DNA of 64,000 nt from Takakia lepidozioides (taxonomy: Eukaryota > Plantae > Bryophyta). The notes beneath the pieces were generated by a model, which worked only from the letters and a program-made list of their open reading frames with translations, had not been told where the DNA came from and made no database searches. Of this stretch, positions 27,705-38,799 are shown piece by piece (position 1 is the first letter of the stretch; the number at the start of each line of letters is the position of its first letter). The translations under genes and the position numbers were made by a program. Where the stretch lies: positions 2,232,001-2,296,000 of the forward strand of contig CM060733.1 of NCBI GenBank assembly GCA_030704615.1. Reading direction: 5' to 3'.

Positions 27705-27873
27705 TCGACAACCAGCATGTAGCCAGTAAGGACACATACCCTCTCACAAGTGGTTGTGGGTTCAATCCACCTGTTGGAAGTCATTGCGGTGTCCACCTTC
27801 CCACCGGAAGGCAGTAACACTATGGGGTCAAGTGTACACCATAAGTTACACTTGCTTCAGCAAAGCGTCCACC
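27705..27873 (+). mobile_element. tRNA-derived SINE copy 1
   Basis: A-box-like TAGCCAGTAAGG and B-box GGTTCAATCC (27759-27768); homologous to 39818-39988 and 56103-56220. Confidence 0.7.
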
Positions 27874-28049
27874 TTACATGTCGGGCCAGTTCTTATACTT
27901 CCCTTCATGAGGAAGGCCACAATGGTGTGACTACGTACATTCTCAGATTCTTCTCTAAAATGTGAGAATTGCAAGTTCAGCAAAAGAAAAGAAAACCAAG
28001 AAAAACCAAAAAACAAAATTGCAAGAGGAACCTATTTGGTTGGACTTAA

Positions 28050-28287
28050 CCCTTAAACGCTCAAGGCCCTAGTTTGACTTTTTCAAAAAAAAAACCCGCA
28101 GTGAAAAAATGATGGAACTTTTACAAAATTGATTAAAAAAGTTTTTTGATTTTTTTTTTAAATTAACAGCACATTATGACATGCGTATCTTCCTCCTACA
28201 CCCACCTCCCAATTTCCAGGGCAATCAGCCCCAGATCCAAAAAACGGCACTGTTGAATGTGTTTAGAGTCTCTTGAGGGTTTAAGGG
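28050..28287. mobile_element. piggyBac-like MITE (238 bp)
   Basis: TIRs CCCTTAAACGCTCAAG / CTTGAGGGTTTAAGGG, flanked by TTAA (28046-49) and TTAT (28288-91). Confidence 0.6.
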
Positions 28288-28873
28288 TTATTTTTATTTA
28301 TTTATTATTTTATTATTTTATTTTTAAGTAAAACTTCTTTATTATTATTGATGAAACACTACAAGAACAAGTAGCAGAGTGTGTAACAGAACATAATCCT
28401 CATTTTTGTTTTCTCTAATTTTTTGTTTCCAGTGAAACACTAGCCCCGGGGCAGTGCCAGGGAATATAAACCCTCTTTTTGAGCCATGGAGGCATTACAA
28501 GGGCCAGCCAGAACGCAGAAGGGGTTTGAATCCCTGACCCACATAGGCCATTAATCCATCATACATTGTTCACAATGCAAAAGATTGCATAGGGGAGACA
28601 GAAATTGTCTCCATTGCCATTCGTTATCCGTTATCTCGTGTGCAATAATGACATAGAGAGAATGTACTCACAAGATTTTGTTTGCATAGCCTTGTGACCC
28701 ACATGATCACATGAACACAAAAATATATTCAACATATTCTAGAAATATGCAGAGAAAATATGTTCCGATGAAATGGATGTGTGCTGCTGATCAGGCTAAA
28801 AAGATGCAAAACTATTTCAAATTTGTGCTCACATGAGCACAATAGACGATACTACACTTTACTCTTTGCATAA

Positions 28874-29329
28874 GAGCATGGCCAGCAACGGCAATTTCAG
28901 ACGCGCCAACTCCAAAAGTCGTGGCCGACGGTTTCGGGGCTCTTCCCGCGTCCCCGGCAGCACCACCCCACTCCTTAAAGTGCCGGCCGTCTTGCAAATC
29001 CGCTCTTCAAGCACGACATCTAGAATTCCATTGTCGTCCCCGACCCCCCCCCCCATTCCACGGCAACGTCTTATCCGGGCATTGTCGCTCACATGTGCTG
29101 ACGGGTGGCGGGGTAGGTGGCAGGGCCCACAAGTCAACGTATGCATCTCAGTCTGGCACGCATCTCAGCCGTGCGCCTAGTGGGAGGGGGGGTTTTGGCC
29201 GTCAGAGGCTGCCATGCTGCTGGCCTTCACACTAGCTGCCACACTACTATGCGGGCTCCGGGCCAAAAATGGGCTAGTATTATAATGCCGTTGGTGTGTC
29301 TGTTTACCGCGCCACTGTTGGTCATGCTC
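28874..29329. mobile_element. Tourist-like PIF/Harbinger MITE
   Basis: TIRs GAGCATGGCCAGCA / TGTTGGTCATGCTC, with a TAA target duplication on both sides. Confidence 0.8.
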
Positions 29330-29332
29330 TAA

Positions 29333-30476
29333 AAGCATCTCCACCCTATCCACTAAAAACTTAACTGTAAAGCTCCATATAGGGACACCTATTCCATGCG
29401 CTAAATATTATTTTACGTTGCTCTCAATGCATCGACCCACCGCAGATGCGGAAAAGCCAATGTTATATGCCGTCAGGCTCGTTGATGACGACCCCAACGA
29501 AATAGCATGTGGCGGGAAGCTAGATGGGTGTGGATTGTTGGGTTTGTCGAGTATCCAGAAATGCACAGCGGCATTAAGGATACTCGCTTATGGAGTAGTT
29601 GCCGATGTTGTTGATGAGTACTGGAGGTTGAGCGAATCCACTACTATAGAGGCTATGAAGAGATTTGTACATGCAGTTCGTGCCTGTTTTGAGGAAGAAT
29701 TTTTTCGTCAACCAACTGCACAAGACATACAGACTCGGCAAATGCGGATCAATACTACTCGAGGGTTTTCCGGTATGTTTGCCTCTTTAGATTGTATGCA
29801 TTATGTTTGGAAAAACTGCCTTGTTTCTTGGCAGGGCCAGTATCAAGATAAAGATGGAAACCGCAGCATTGTGCTTGAGGCAATTGCATCTCAAGATCTT
29901 TGGATTTGGCACGCCTTCTTTGGGCTGCCAGGCGGAAACAATGACATTAACGTTCAGGATCGCTCTCCATTGGTTGCAAATTTGCTCAAAGGAGAGGCTG
30001 AGAATGTCACCTTCACTATCAACGACAATGTCTACAAGAGGTATTACCTCTTGGCAGATGGCATATATCTCTCTTGGTCCATTTTTGTGCAGACAATTCA
30101 CAAGCCTCAAGACCAAAAGAGGGTGCATTTTGCAATGATGCAGGACTCAGTGAGAAAGGACGTCGAGAGAGATTTTGGTATACTACAGAGCAGGTTTTCA
30201 ATCATACAAAACCCTTCAAGACAGTGGGACGTATACACTATCAAATCTATCATGTTAGCATGTGTCATACTTCATAATATGATAATAGATGACGAGCAAG
30301 ACACTGCTTTTGAAGGCCAATTTGATGAGCACCTAGTAGTGTCCATTCGCAAAGGTCTCAGTTTTGAATCTTATCGTCTAGGTACTGTAGAAATTGAGAA
30401 TCTTGAGCAGTACCACAGATTGAGAAATGACCTCATTGAACACCAATGGGAGTTGAAAGGTGTCACAATGTTTTGA
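29333..30476 (+). mobile_element. PIF/Harbinger DNA transposon with N-terminally truncated DDE transposase (ORF 29418-30476)
   Basis: QKCTAALRILAYG, ASLDCMHYVWKNC, WIWHAFFG...NNDIN, YLLADGIY, RKDVERDFGILQSRF and CVILHNMI. Left TIR-like AAGCATCTCCA follows TAA. Right TIR not found. Confidence 0.9.
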
Positions 30477-30579
30477 TTGTACTCTATCAATAAAGTGTGT
30501 TACTTCATGTGCTTGACATGCATAAAGGATTCGGTTATGAATTATAGGATGCCAAGTGGAATATTTTACGTTTTGTGAG

Positions 30580-31350
30580 GCATATTCACAAATTGGGACA
30601 TAACTTTATGCCAACAAATGAGAATGGAATGTAAGAGGGCTCCTCACATGCCTAGTGAAGCCCCCCACCTACTGCAGTCTTGAGTTTGCACCAAAAACAT
30701 CTCAAAGTCTGATTTGTATAATGCTAAGAGTCAATTTCTAGGTTTTGGAACACATCTTCACAAATTGGGCCATACCTTCATGCCAACAAATGAAAATGGC
30801 ATGTGGGAGGGCTCCCCACCTACTGCAGCCCTCAATTCGCACCAAAAACATCATGAATATTGAATTCCATGATGCTAAGACTCATTTTCTAGGTTTTGGA
30901 ACAGATATTCACAAATTGGGACATATCTTCATGCCAGCAAATGAGAATGGCATGTGGGAGGGCTCTATACATTGGTAGTGAGGCCCCCCACCTACTGCAG
31001 CCCTTAGTTTTCACCAAAAACATCTCAAATGTTGAATTGTATGATGCTAAGACTCATTTTCTAAGTTTTGAAAAATATATTCACAAATTGGGCCATAATA
31101 TCTTCATGCCAACAAATGAGAATGGAATGTGAGAGGGCTCCACACATTTCTAGTGAAGCCCCCTACGTGCTGCAGCCATGAGTTCTCACAAAGAATGTCA
31201 AATACATGGAATGATATGATGCTAAGTTGACACATTGTGGTTTTTGAAGACATACTCACAAACTGGGGCATATGTGTTGATGCCAAAAAAATGACAATGG
31301 CATGGGGGAGGGCTCCACACATTCCTAGTGTGGCCCCCCACCTACCAAGC
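30580..31350. repeat. Tandem array, about 4.5 copies of a ~150-175 bp unit
   Basis: Recurring TCACAAATTGGG...ATGCCAACAAATGAGAATGG...CCCCACCTACTGCAG at ~30585, 30757, 30909, 31081 and 31256. Confidence 0.85.
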
Positions 31351-31369
31351 CACACCATAAGCAAAATTT

Positions 31370-31755
31370 AACCAATGGGTGCAATGGTAGGGCTGTCTGA
31401 GTGTCAGTATGAATGAAAACACAAACAAGAAAATTCAGATGTGCTCAATGTATTAAAAAAATGTTAGGCTCTGGAGGCCTTGATACAATCGTCATAGCTA
31501 GCACTTTGTTAGGAATCTATGAAGCCAAACTGAACCAATTTTTTCGATGGTGAGGGCTGTCTGAGTGCTAGTATGTACGAAAACACAAACAAGAAATTTC
31601 AGATGTGCTTGGGGCCTGTCCACAATGTATAAAAAAAATATTAGGCTTTGGAGGCCCTGATACAATCGCCATAGCACTTGTTAGGAATCTATAAAGCCAC
31701 ACTGCATGCAAATTGAACCAATTTTTGCGATGGTAGGGCTGTCTGAGTGCTAGTC
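31370..31755. repeat. Second tandem array, ~2.2 copies of a ~170-180 bp unit
   Basis: AGGGCTGTCTGAGTG at ~31389, ~31553 and ~31735, with shared downstream sequence in the first two copies. Confidence 0.8.
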
Positions 31756-32229
31756 TCTCTCATTCAAATGTGCAATCCACCCTATATTCTGAATCCTCTC
31801 CTTGTGACTCATCAAGGTCTGGGCGATTGCCAGCCTCATGTTGGAATGGCGTGGGGGTGTAGAATTGATCATCAACACGACAGGGAGGAATAAATCGGTT
31901 CGCAGGTCTGAATGCCTCACTTCTGCTCTCTACTGGCTTGAAATACTCTTGGTATGGACGGAAAGAACCTTGGTTTTCTACAATGAACAGTTGATGAAAT
32001 TTTTGAGATAGATTCACAACAAATCTGTTGGACTAGGTTGCTCTGCCAGTGACGGCTGACTTACAGGAATTGGAGCAGTAGTAGGGGGAATAATTGGGGG
32101 AGGATTGGTCTTCGCTTGGGTGACATCGGCAGCCTTCATAGCAGCTTCAACGCCTTCAATACGGAACTTCACCTTCAACAGCTCCTCAGAGGTCGCAACC
32201 TCAAGTATTCAAAATATAAAAAAACAAGA

Positions 32230-32505
32230 TTGGCGGTGGTACTGGCGGTCGATTTATTTTTCGAAAAAAAATAAAAAAAATAAAAAAAATAAAAAATAGC
32301 GACCGCCATATTGGCGGTCGCTTCAATTTATTTTAAAACAAAAGCAAGATTGGTGGTCGCATTGGCGGTCGCCTAATTTAAAAAGAAAACAAGCGACTGC
32401 CGTATTGGCGGTCGCATAATTTTACAAATATATACAGAACAAGCGACCGCCATATGGCGGTCAGATAATTTCAAAAATATATTAAAAAAAACAAGCGACA
32501 TATGA
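32230..32505. repeat. Array of GCGACCGCC-n3-5-GGCGGTCGC palindromes in A/T-rich spacers
   Basis: About 5-6 copies visible directly. Confidence 0.85.
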
Positions 32506-32509
32506 AAAT

Positions 32510-33619
32510 AGCTTGCGTATTCCCAATGGGGTGGCTAAGCCCCAATCACACATCCCAATCTTGATCTCATTGGTGTCATCTGGAGAATGCAACAAGATGT
32601 TGTCGGGGGACAAGTCGTTGTGCAGGACACCGTTCTTGTGGACAGCATCCATGATGCACATCAGTGCCATGCAAGTTTACTGCGCACTTTCTAGAAACGA
32701 AGTAAACGATCGCATTCCTGGAACTCTGCTTCCGTTCCATTTTGTTCCAAAATCACCCTGTTGTCCGAATCGTTGCCCTATTTTCTGTCAAGGTTCATCA
32801 TGTCGCGTATTGTCCTCATGTTCCACCAGCGAGCGTAACCTTCTACCTCACGTGCATTCACAACAAAATATGAGATAACACCCGGATGCTGGAACTTCAC
32901 TGCCAAACACTCGTCGTTATGTTGTCTCAACGTCTTTTCTGGATTTTTGGACTTGAGTTTTTTTCCCGCTAGCTTCTAACGCTCCGGTATTTTAGAATCG
33001 TCAATAATCCTACAATAACGGACTTTAGCATACCCTCATTATTTGTAAGGGCCAATCTCTATCACCTTCGCACTAGAGTTCAAGTAATAAAGACCAGTTG
33101 TGCCTCCCACGCCCAATGACCTCGCCTTCAAAGGGATAACCCTAGTCCGGTGATGTGAATTCTGACTTGCCGAGCAAGCCCAATACTCGACACGCCGCAT
33201 TAACTCAACTTTGGTGGAGGGCACTCGACCCTCAGTTGTTCTACCATTTCATGTCTTCATTAGCTGCCTCAAATTCCACGTGCCGTCTTTCGCTCTGCTT
33301 TGGATCCACCGATTAAACTTCGGCTTGTCCCTGTCCGCCGTCCACTTAATCCCCCTGCCAAAGCATTCGTCATTTTCCTCTCCATATTCTACTATAAAAT
33401 CTGAAACCTCTCCCATCCATGTCTGACATAAGCACTCTCCAGCCTCATCATGTCTGTACCCTTGAAATAATCCACTACCACTTCTTTCACCCTATCCAAG
33501 GCATCCGGTTCCGGGTAGTCTGGCTTGTTGACCTGGTTATCCCGTTCGTGGGCACTTTTTCTCTTTCTCCGACCCCCAGACGACCCCACCCCAAAACTTG
33601 AATTCACAACCCCCGACAT
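32510..33619 (-). pseudogene. Degenerate intronless protein kinase
   Basis: Across frameshifts: GYAKV (subdomain I), LAGKK (II), E...HPGVI (III/IV), LHNDLSPDNILL (VIb) and IGMCDWGLA (VII). Truncated at the palindrome array. Confidence 0.7.
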
Positions 33620-34199
33620 TGTATAAACCTTTGCCCACTACAGGGGACAAAACCTCAGAAAACGGCAATGGACGCGTGTGGATGGTGTCTTCGTAGTTTC
33701 TGCAAAAAAACAGGCCGCCGGAGATCCGAAAACGGAAAAATGGTGATACGATGATTGAACCGTGAACAAGGGTGTGGGACTGACCAATAAAAAATCGATA
33801 AAACCTCCCCCCTCCCAAATAATCACCTTTGCACCTCCTGTTGGCAGTGCCAAGCAACGAAGTCCGAAAAAACTACAGGATGCCAAAGAACCGCACCACG
33901 AGAGGGGCAAAAGTGATCAGAAAATGAGGGATGAATGGTTTATATAGGCGCCTATCAGCCCCCCGCCCCCAAGAAATGGCATTATGCTTGAAAAGACATG
34001 ACAGGCGAGTAGCGCCTCGCCACGTGTCAGCATGCGCGCGACTGACCAGTCGCACCATGCCACGTGCACCCACATGGGAGAGGTGAAGGGTTCAAAACCA
34101 CCTCCCCCTCATCCCATTTGTTTCGTTTTTCCTGACCCGTGGCACCGCACCACGTGGCTGGCCAGACGCCGCTTCATGATTTTATTTTATTTTTAAAAA

Positions 34200-34468
34200 A
34201 CAACCGCCACACGGATGATCCCTGGATTTCAAAAAAAATAAAAAACACGCGACCGCCGCATGGCGGTCGTTTAATTCAAAGATTCAAAATAAAAATAAGC
34301 GACCGCCGCTAAATAACGGTCGCTTCATTTAAAAAATATATATTAAGTAAGCGACCGCCAAACGGCGGTCGCTTAATTTAAGAATCAAAATCAAATCAAG
34401 CAACGGCCGCCAAATGGCGGTCGCTGCATTTTTCAAAAATTTACTAAAAAAAAAGACCGCCAAACGGC
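34200..34468. repeat. Second array of GCGACCGCC...GGCGGTCGC palindromes; the last one is interrupted by the gypsy element
   Basis: About 5-6 copies. The last reads GACCGCCAAACGGC|TGTCG (element start). Confidence 0.85.
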
Positions 34469-35151
34469 TGTCGTGCTTATACATATCACTACACAACTAC
34501 ATCGTTGTCCAAAACCACACAACACATGTGCACGCCACACACTAGTATACCACTAGTCCAACCACTAGTCCAACCACTAGGCTATAACTAGTCAGTCACT
34601 AGGCTGCCACTATGCTGCCCACTATGGCAGTCATTAGTCCACACAATGATATAGAAGAATAATACAAGCACAAACTCATGCGAGCTCACAAAGCTGAAGC
34701 ATAAACTCATGCATATATTACCTCATCACTCAAATACAAGTCAAGTCAAGTGCACCCCACGCCATGGGAAATCCACACTACGGTGCCATAGCTAGGTGCG
34801 GTGAGGCTCAACTCGAGAAAGATGAGCCTCTCGCGCTTGCCGTGAAGATAACCACTCCAGGGCCTAAATCCACCTTGACCCCTGGATTGACACTTGAGCC
34901 AATCCTAAATGTCAATATGTAAAAACTAGTTATTTCCTAGCTAGTTTCACACTAGTGGTAAAATAACTTGACAGCTGTCGTGCGCATACATATCGCTACA
35001 CAACTACATCGCTGTCCAAAACCACACAACGCATGTGTACGCCACACACTAGTATACCACTAGTCCACCACTAGTCCAACCACTAGGCTACAACTAGTCA
35101 GTCACTAGGCTGCCACTATGCTGCCCACTATGGCAGTCACTAGTCCACACA
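34469..35151 (-). repeat. Terminal repeat block of gypsy element 1: A (35151-34976) - GC - B (34973-34647) - T - A (34645-34469)
   Basis: Two ~176 bp direct repeats (about 9 differences) flank a ~327 bp unit that matches 58374-58694. Each unit is bounded TG...CA. PPT-like AAGGGGGCGAT at 35162-35152. Confidence 0.85.
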
Positions 35152-35411
35152 ATCGCCCCCTTAGCTGGTGTTTAGGTCCCTCTAAGTCCAGGTAGCCACA
35201 AGATGTGATAGTGACCATAGCCTCACTATGTCCTCTACCACTGTCCCTATTACACTGAAACTCGATAGATCAAGAGGCCGGGTGTAAGAGTTGCCCCATC
35301 GTTAGTCGCCGTCTTGCAACCTGTGAACTTGAGCCTGGGATCTCATGTATTGACTCATATGAGCTTGGCCTCCCATGTCTTGTTAGCTGCCTCTAGTCAT
35401 GTCCACTGCTA

Positions 35412-35560
35412 CTATCCCAAGCAGTGTGGACATAACCAATCTCCATCAGGAACCCTCTCAAGAGGTGGTGTCAAGCATTCCATATGCCAACCTCTTGAGC
35501 ATCGATCACACACCAGCATGGTGGCTGCCCCTTTGGCAGACCCACAGAGCATGCACCTCA
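35412..35560 (-). other. PHD finger at the integrase C-terminus
   Basis: CMLC...MLVCDRCSRGWHMECLTPPLERVPDGDWLCPHC is a C4HC3 PHD. Confidence 0.92.
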
Positions 35561-38500
35561 AACCTGCAAGTACCACTGCCAAGTTTGGGTCAGTTCTGCC
35601 ATCGACATTAGGAAGGTGACATGGCGTACAATTACGCACATGGTCTTTCCAAGTCATGCCATCCCGACCCTCCAAGATCAGGACCCCTGAGGGCAACACC
35701 TCTCGAACCCTCAGAATAACACGCCCTGCAGTAACATCCAGGGTCGTAGGAGCAGTCTGCAGCAAATAAACATAGTCACCAGGACGATATCCTCCACCAC
35801 GTATAGTGGCATACCTCAACGTATCACGGTGTTGTGCAATGGCAAGGTTCTCAAAAGCCATGTGCATGACTTTCTTGAACAACTCTGCACGCTAATCACA
35901 TGCACGTACCCACACGTCCGGATCATCAAGGTTAAGGACTTGAGCAGTGTCCCTACGAACGGCTGCAGGCAAATCCGGCTCTCGGCCAAAGAGAAAGAAA
36001 TATGGTGAGAAGGAGGCAAGTGATGTTTGTTTGCTGAACCTGTAGCCCATGGCTAACCAAAGAACCTGAAGATCCCAATCTCCTAGGTGTCCCTTCTTCA
36101 AGCCATACTTGCGCAAACCCCTCTTCACCGTCTAAACAACTCTCTCTACCAAGCCATTGGCCTCAGGATGATCCCGAGAAGTGGTGCAGTGGTCTATCAA
36201 AGCTTTATCACACAAAGCCTGAAACTCTCCCAAGAACTCTCTTCCTTGGTCCGTGAGTACCTCAGTTGGAGCACCGAATCGGCTAAGCATACAATCCAAG
36301 AATGCATATGCAGCCCCCTCACTAGCCTTATCAGGCAATGGAACCAACTCAATCCACTTGGAGAAGTGCTCCACCATCACCAACACATATCTGTGGTGAC
36401 GCATAGTCAGTGGCAACGGTCCTGCGAAGTCAAGACTCCACCTGTAGCCCAATCCCATGATTGGTAAATGACGCAACTGTGGTGTAGGGGCGTTGAATGA
36501 AGCATGCACCCTATCACACACCATGCACCTAGCCACGAACTGTTGCACCTCTGTATGCATACCACGCCACCAATACTGCCCCTGCAGTAAACTGTGAGTG
36601 CGTCGCACTCCAAAATGCCCCAACTCCTCATGGGCATGCCGCACTAACCGTGCACGCTGTGTGGGGTGAGGCACAATCCTCACCCGACCATCCTCCCATA
36701 CTCGGAGTAGGTGTATCCCCTCCCACTTGAACCTCTTGGTTCGTTGCAAGATCCGATCCCTCTCCTTGGCAGTCACAGTGGCTGCCATGTCTCCAGTACG
36801 GAGGTAGTCCAACACAACCGAATCCTCATGTATATCTCTGGTACCACCTGGCTCATCACTAGCCTAAGGATCCTCAGACACTTTGTCTACAGTCATCCCT
36901 ATTGTAGGTCCAACCTGATCTCCCGATGCCAAGATACACAAAAAGGCAGATGCATGCCATCCCGGCACCATCCCCGCATCCGTCTCACCATGTCACCGAG
37001 CTCCAGTGTCATCCTGCTGGCTTGTGCATGGATTGCGACTCAATCCATCCGCATCCCGATTGACCAAACCCGGTCGATGCACAACCTGAAAGTCATACTC
37101 CTGGAGTATGAGTGCCCACCGTGCAAGCTTCCCCGTAAGCTTGTCTGACTCCATCAACCACTTGAGTGGCTGGTGATCCGTGACAAGGGTGAAAAGATTG
37201 TTGTATAGATAGCACCTGAAGTGTGCCACGGCCCACACTGCAGCTAAGCACTCTCCCTCATATGAGCTGTACTTAGCCTCTGCAGCGTTGTTCGAGCGGC
37301 TAGCATAAGCCACTACAAACTCTCTTCCCTCATCATCCACCTATGTGAGCACCGCTCCAAGCCCCAGCATGCTCCAATCCGTATGCAGCTGAAAAAGACG
37401 TCCCCTGATAGGTCGTCTCAGGATAGGCGTCGAGATTCAACCTCGCCTTGAGCTCTTGAAAAGCTCGTTCCTGCTCATCTTCCCACTGCCACTCCTGGTC
37501 CACTTTGGTCAGCTTGGTTAGAGCCTTTGCAATGGCACTAAATCCCTTGACAAACCGTCTATAATAGTTTGTCAACCCCATGAAAGCTCGAACTCGGCTC
37601 ACATCCGTGGGGCGTGGAATTTGTGCAATGGCCTCTACCTTAGTCTGCTATACCCCCAATTCTCCAGGATATATGATGTGACCCAAATACTCAATCTGGT
37701 TGTGGAAAAACTTGCACTTCCCCGGATGCAACTTCAATCCATGTGCTCTCAAGCGCTCCAATACCACTTGAAGGTGTCTCTCATGCTCCTCCACCGTAGC
37801 ACTAAAGATGATGATGTCATCTATGTAGCACCGAGCAAAGTCCACCCTTGCTAGAATCCTATCCATGACTCTTTGAAACTTTGCAGGAGCGTTCTTAAGC
37901 CCAAATGGTAAGAACCGCCACTGATATAGACAATCCTTGCCGTGCTCATTGATCCCCCAGAATGTCGTCTTCTGCTTGTCCGCCTCCTTGATCGGCAACT
38001 AGTGATATCTGGATCGTAAATCCAAAGTGCTAAAGACCTTAGCATGCCCGATGGCATCAAAGATCTCCTCTGGTGTTGGCATGGCATACTTATCGGACTT
38101 GGTCTGACGATTTACAGGCCGGTAACCACCGCACATACGTCTCTCCGTCCAATTGCCATAGACATCCTTCTTGGCTGACATCACTATGGCTAAAGCATAC
38201 TCTCCACCAGAGAGCTCCACCAAACCTGCCTCCAATAGATCTTGAGTCCTCATCTGAATCAAAGACCTCTCCATGTCACTATATCTATAGGGTCTCCGAA
38301 AGAATGGCGTGTCAGTGGCCAACTCAATATGGATCTCTTGACCCTTCAGTGCTCCCAAGTCCTTCAAACTTAAGGCAAAACAATTTCTGTAAGCCCTCAA
38401 GAACCGCCGTATACGTTGTCTCTCTCCTCCGGTGACAATGGGTCCAATGTCAGGCTCCCAATTGTCCTCCGTAACTGCAACCTTAAGTCCAGTGGGTTTA

Positions 38501-38799
38501 GAGGTAGATGACGCGTCCAGTGGTTGCTATGTTGCATCCTCTTGAGCAGTACTCCCTACCTGCTCAGTCAATGACAAGGCCTCATCCTGCCCCATCATCT
38601 CATCCTCGAGGACTTCCTCAACCCGAGAAAAATCCCCAACCTCATCCATCATCGCCACCTTGGCTGCCAACTCCCTCTGAACCTCGAGCACCTCCCACGT
38701 GTGCCATGGATGCCTGCACCCCGTGGTCCTCTCATGCTCGCCCCCACTCACTGCCTGTACCGTCTCGGTAGGTAGAGAGACCATCGAGGGAAGTGTACT

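Noticed and set aside
32230-34468. Palindromic repeat-spacer arrays as CRISPR
   Set aside because: Eukaryotic context, low-complexity A/T spacers similar to each other, and no cas genes.
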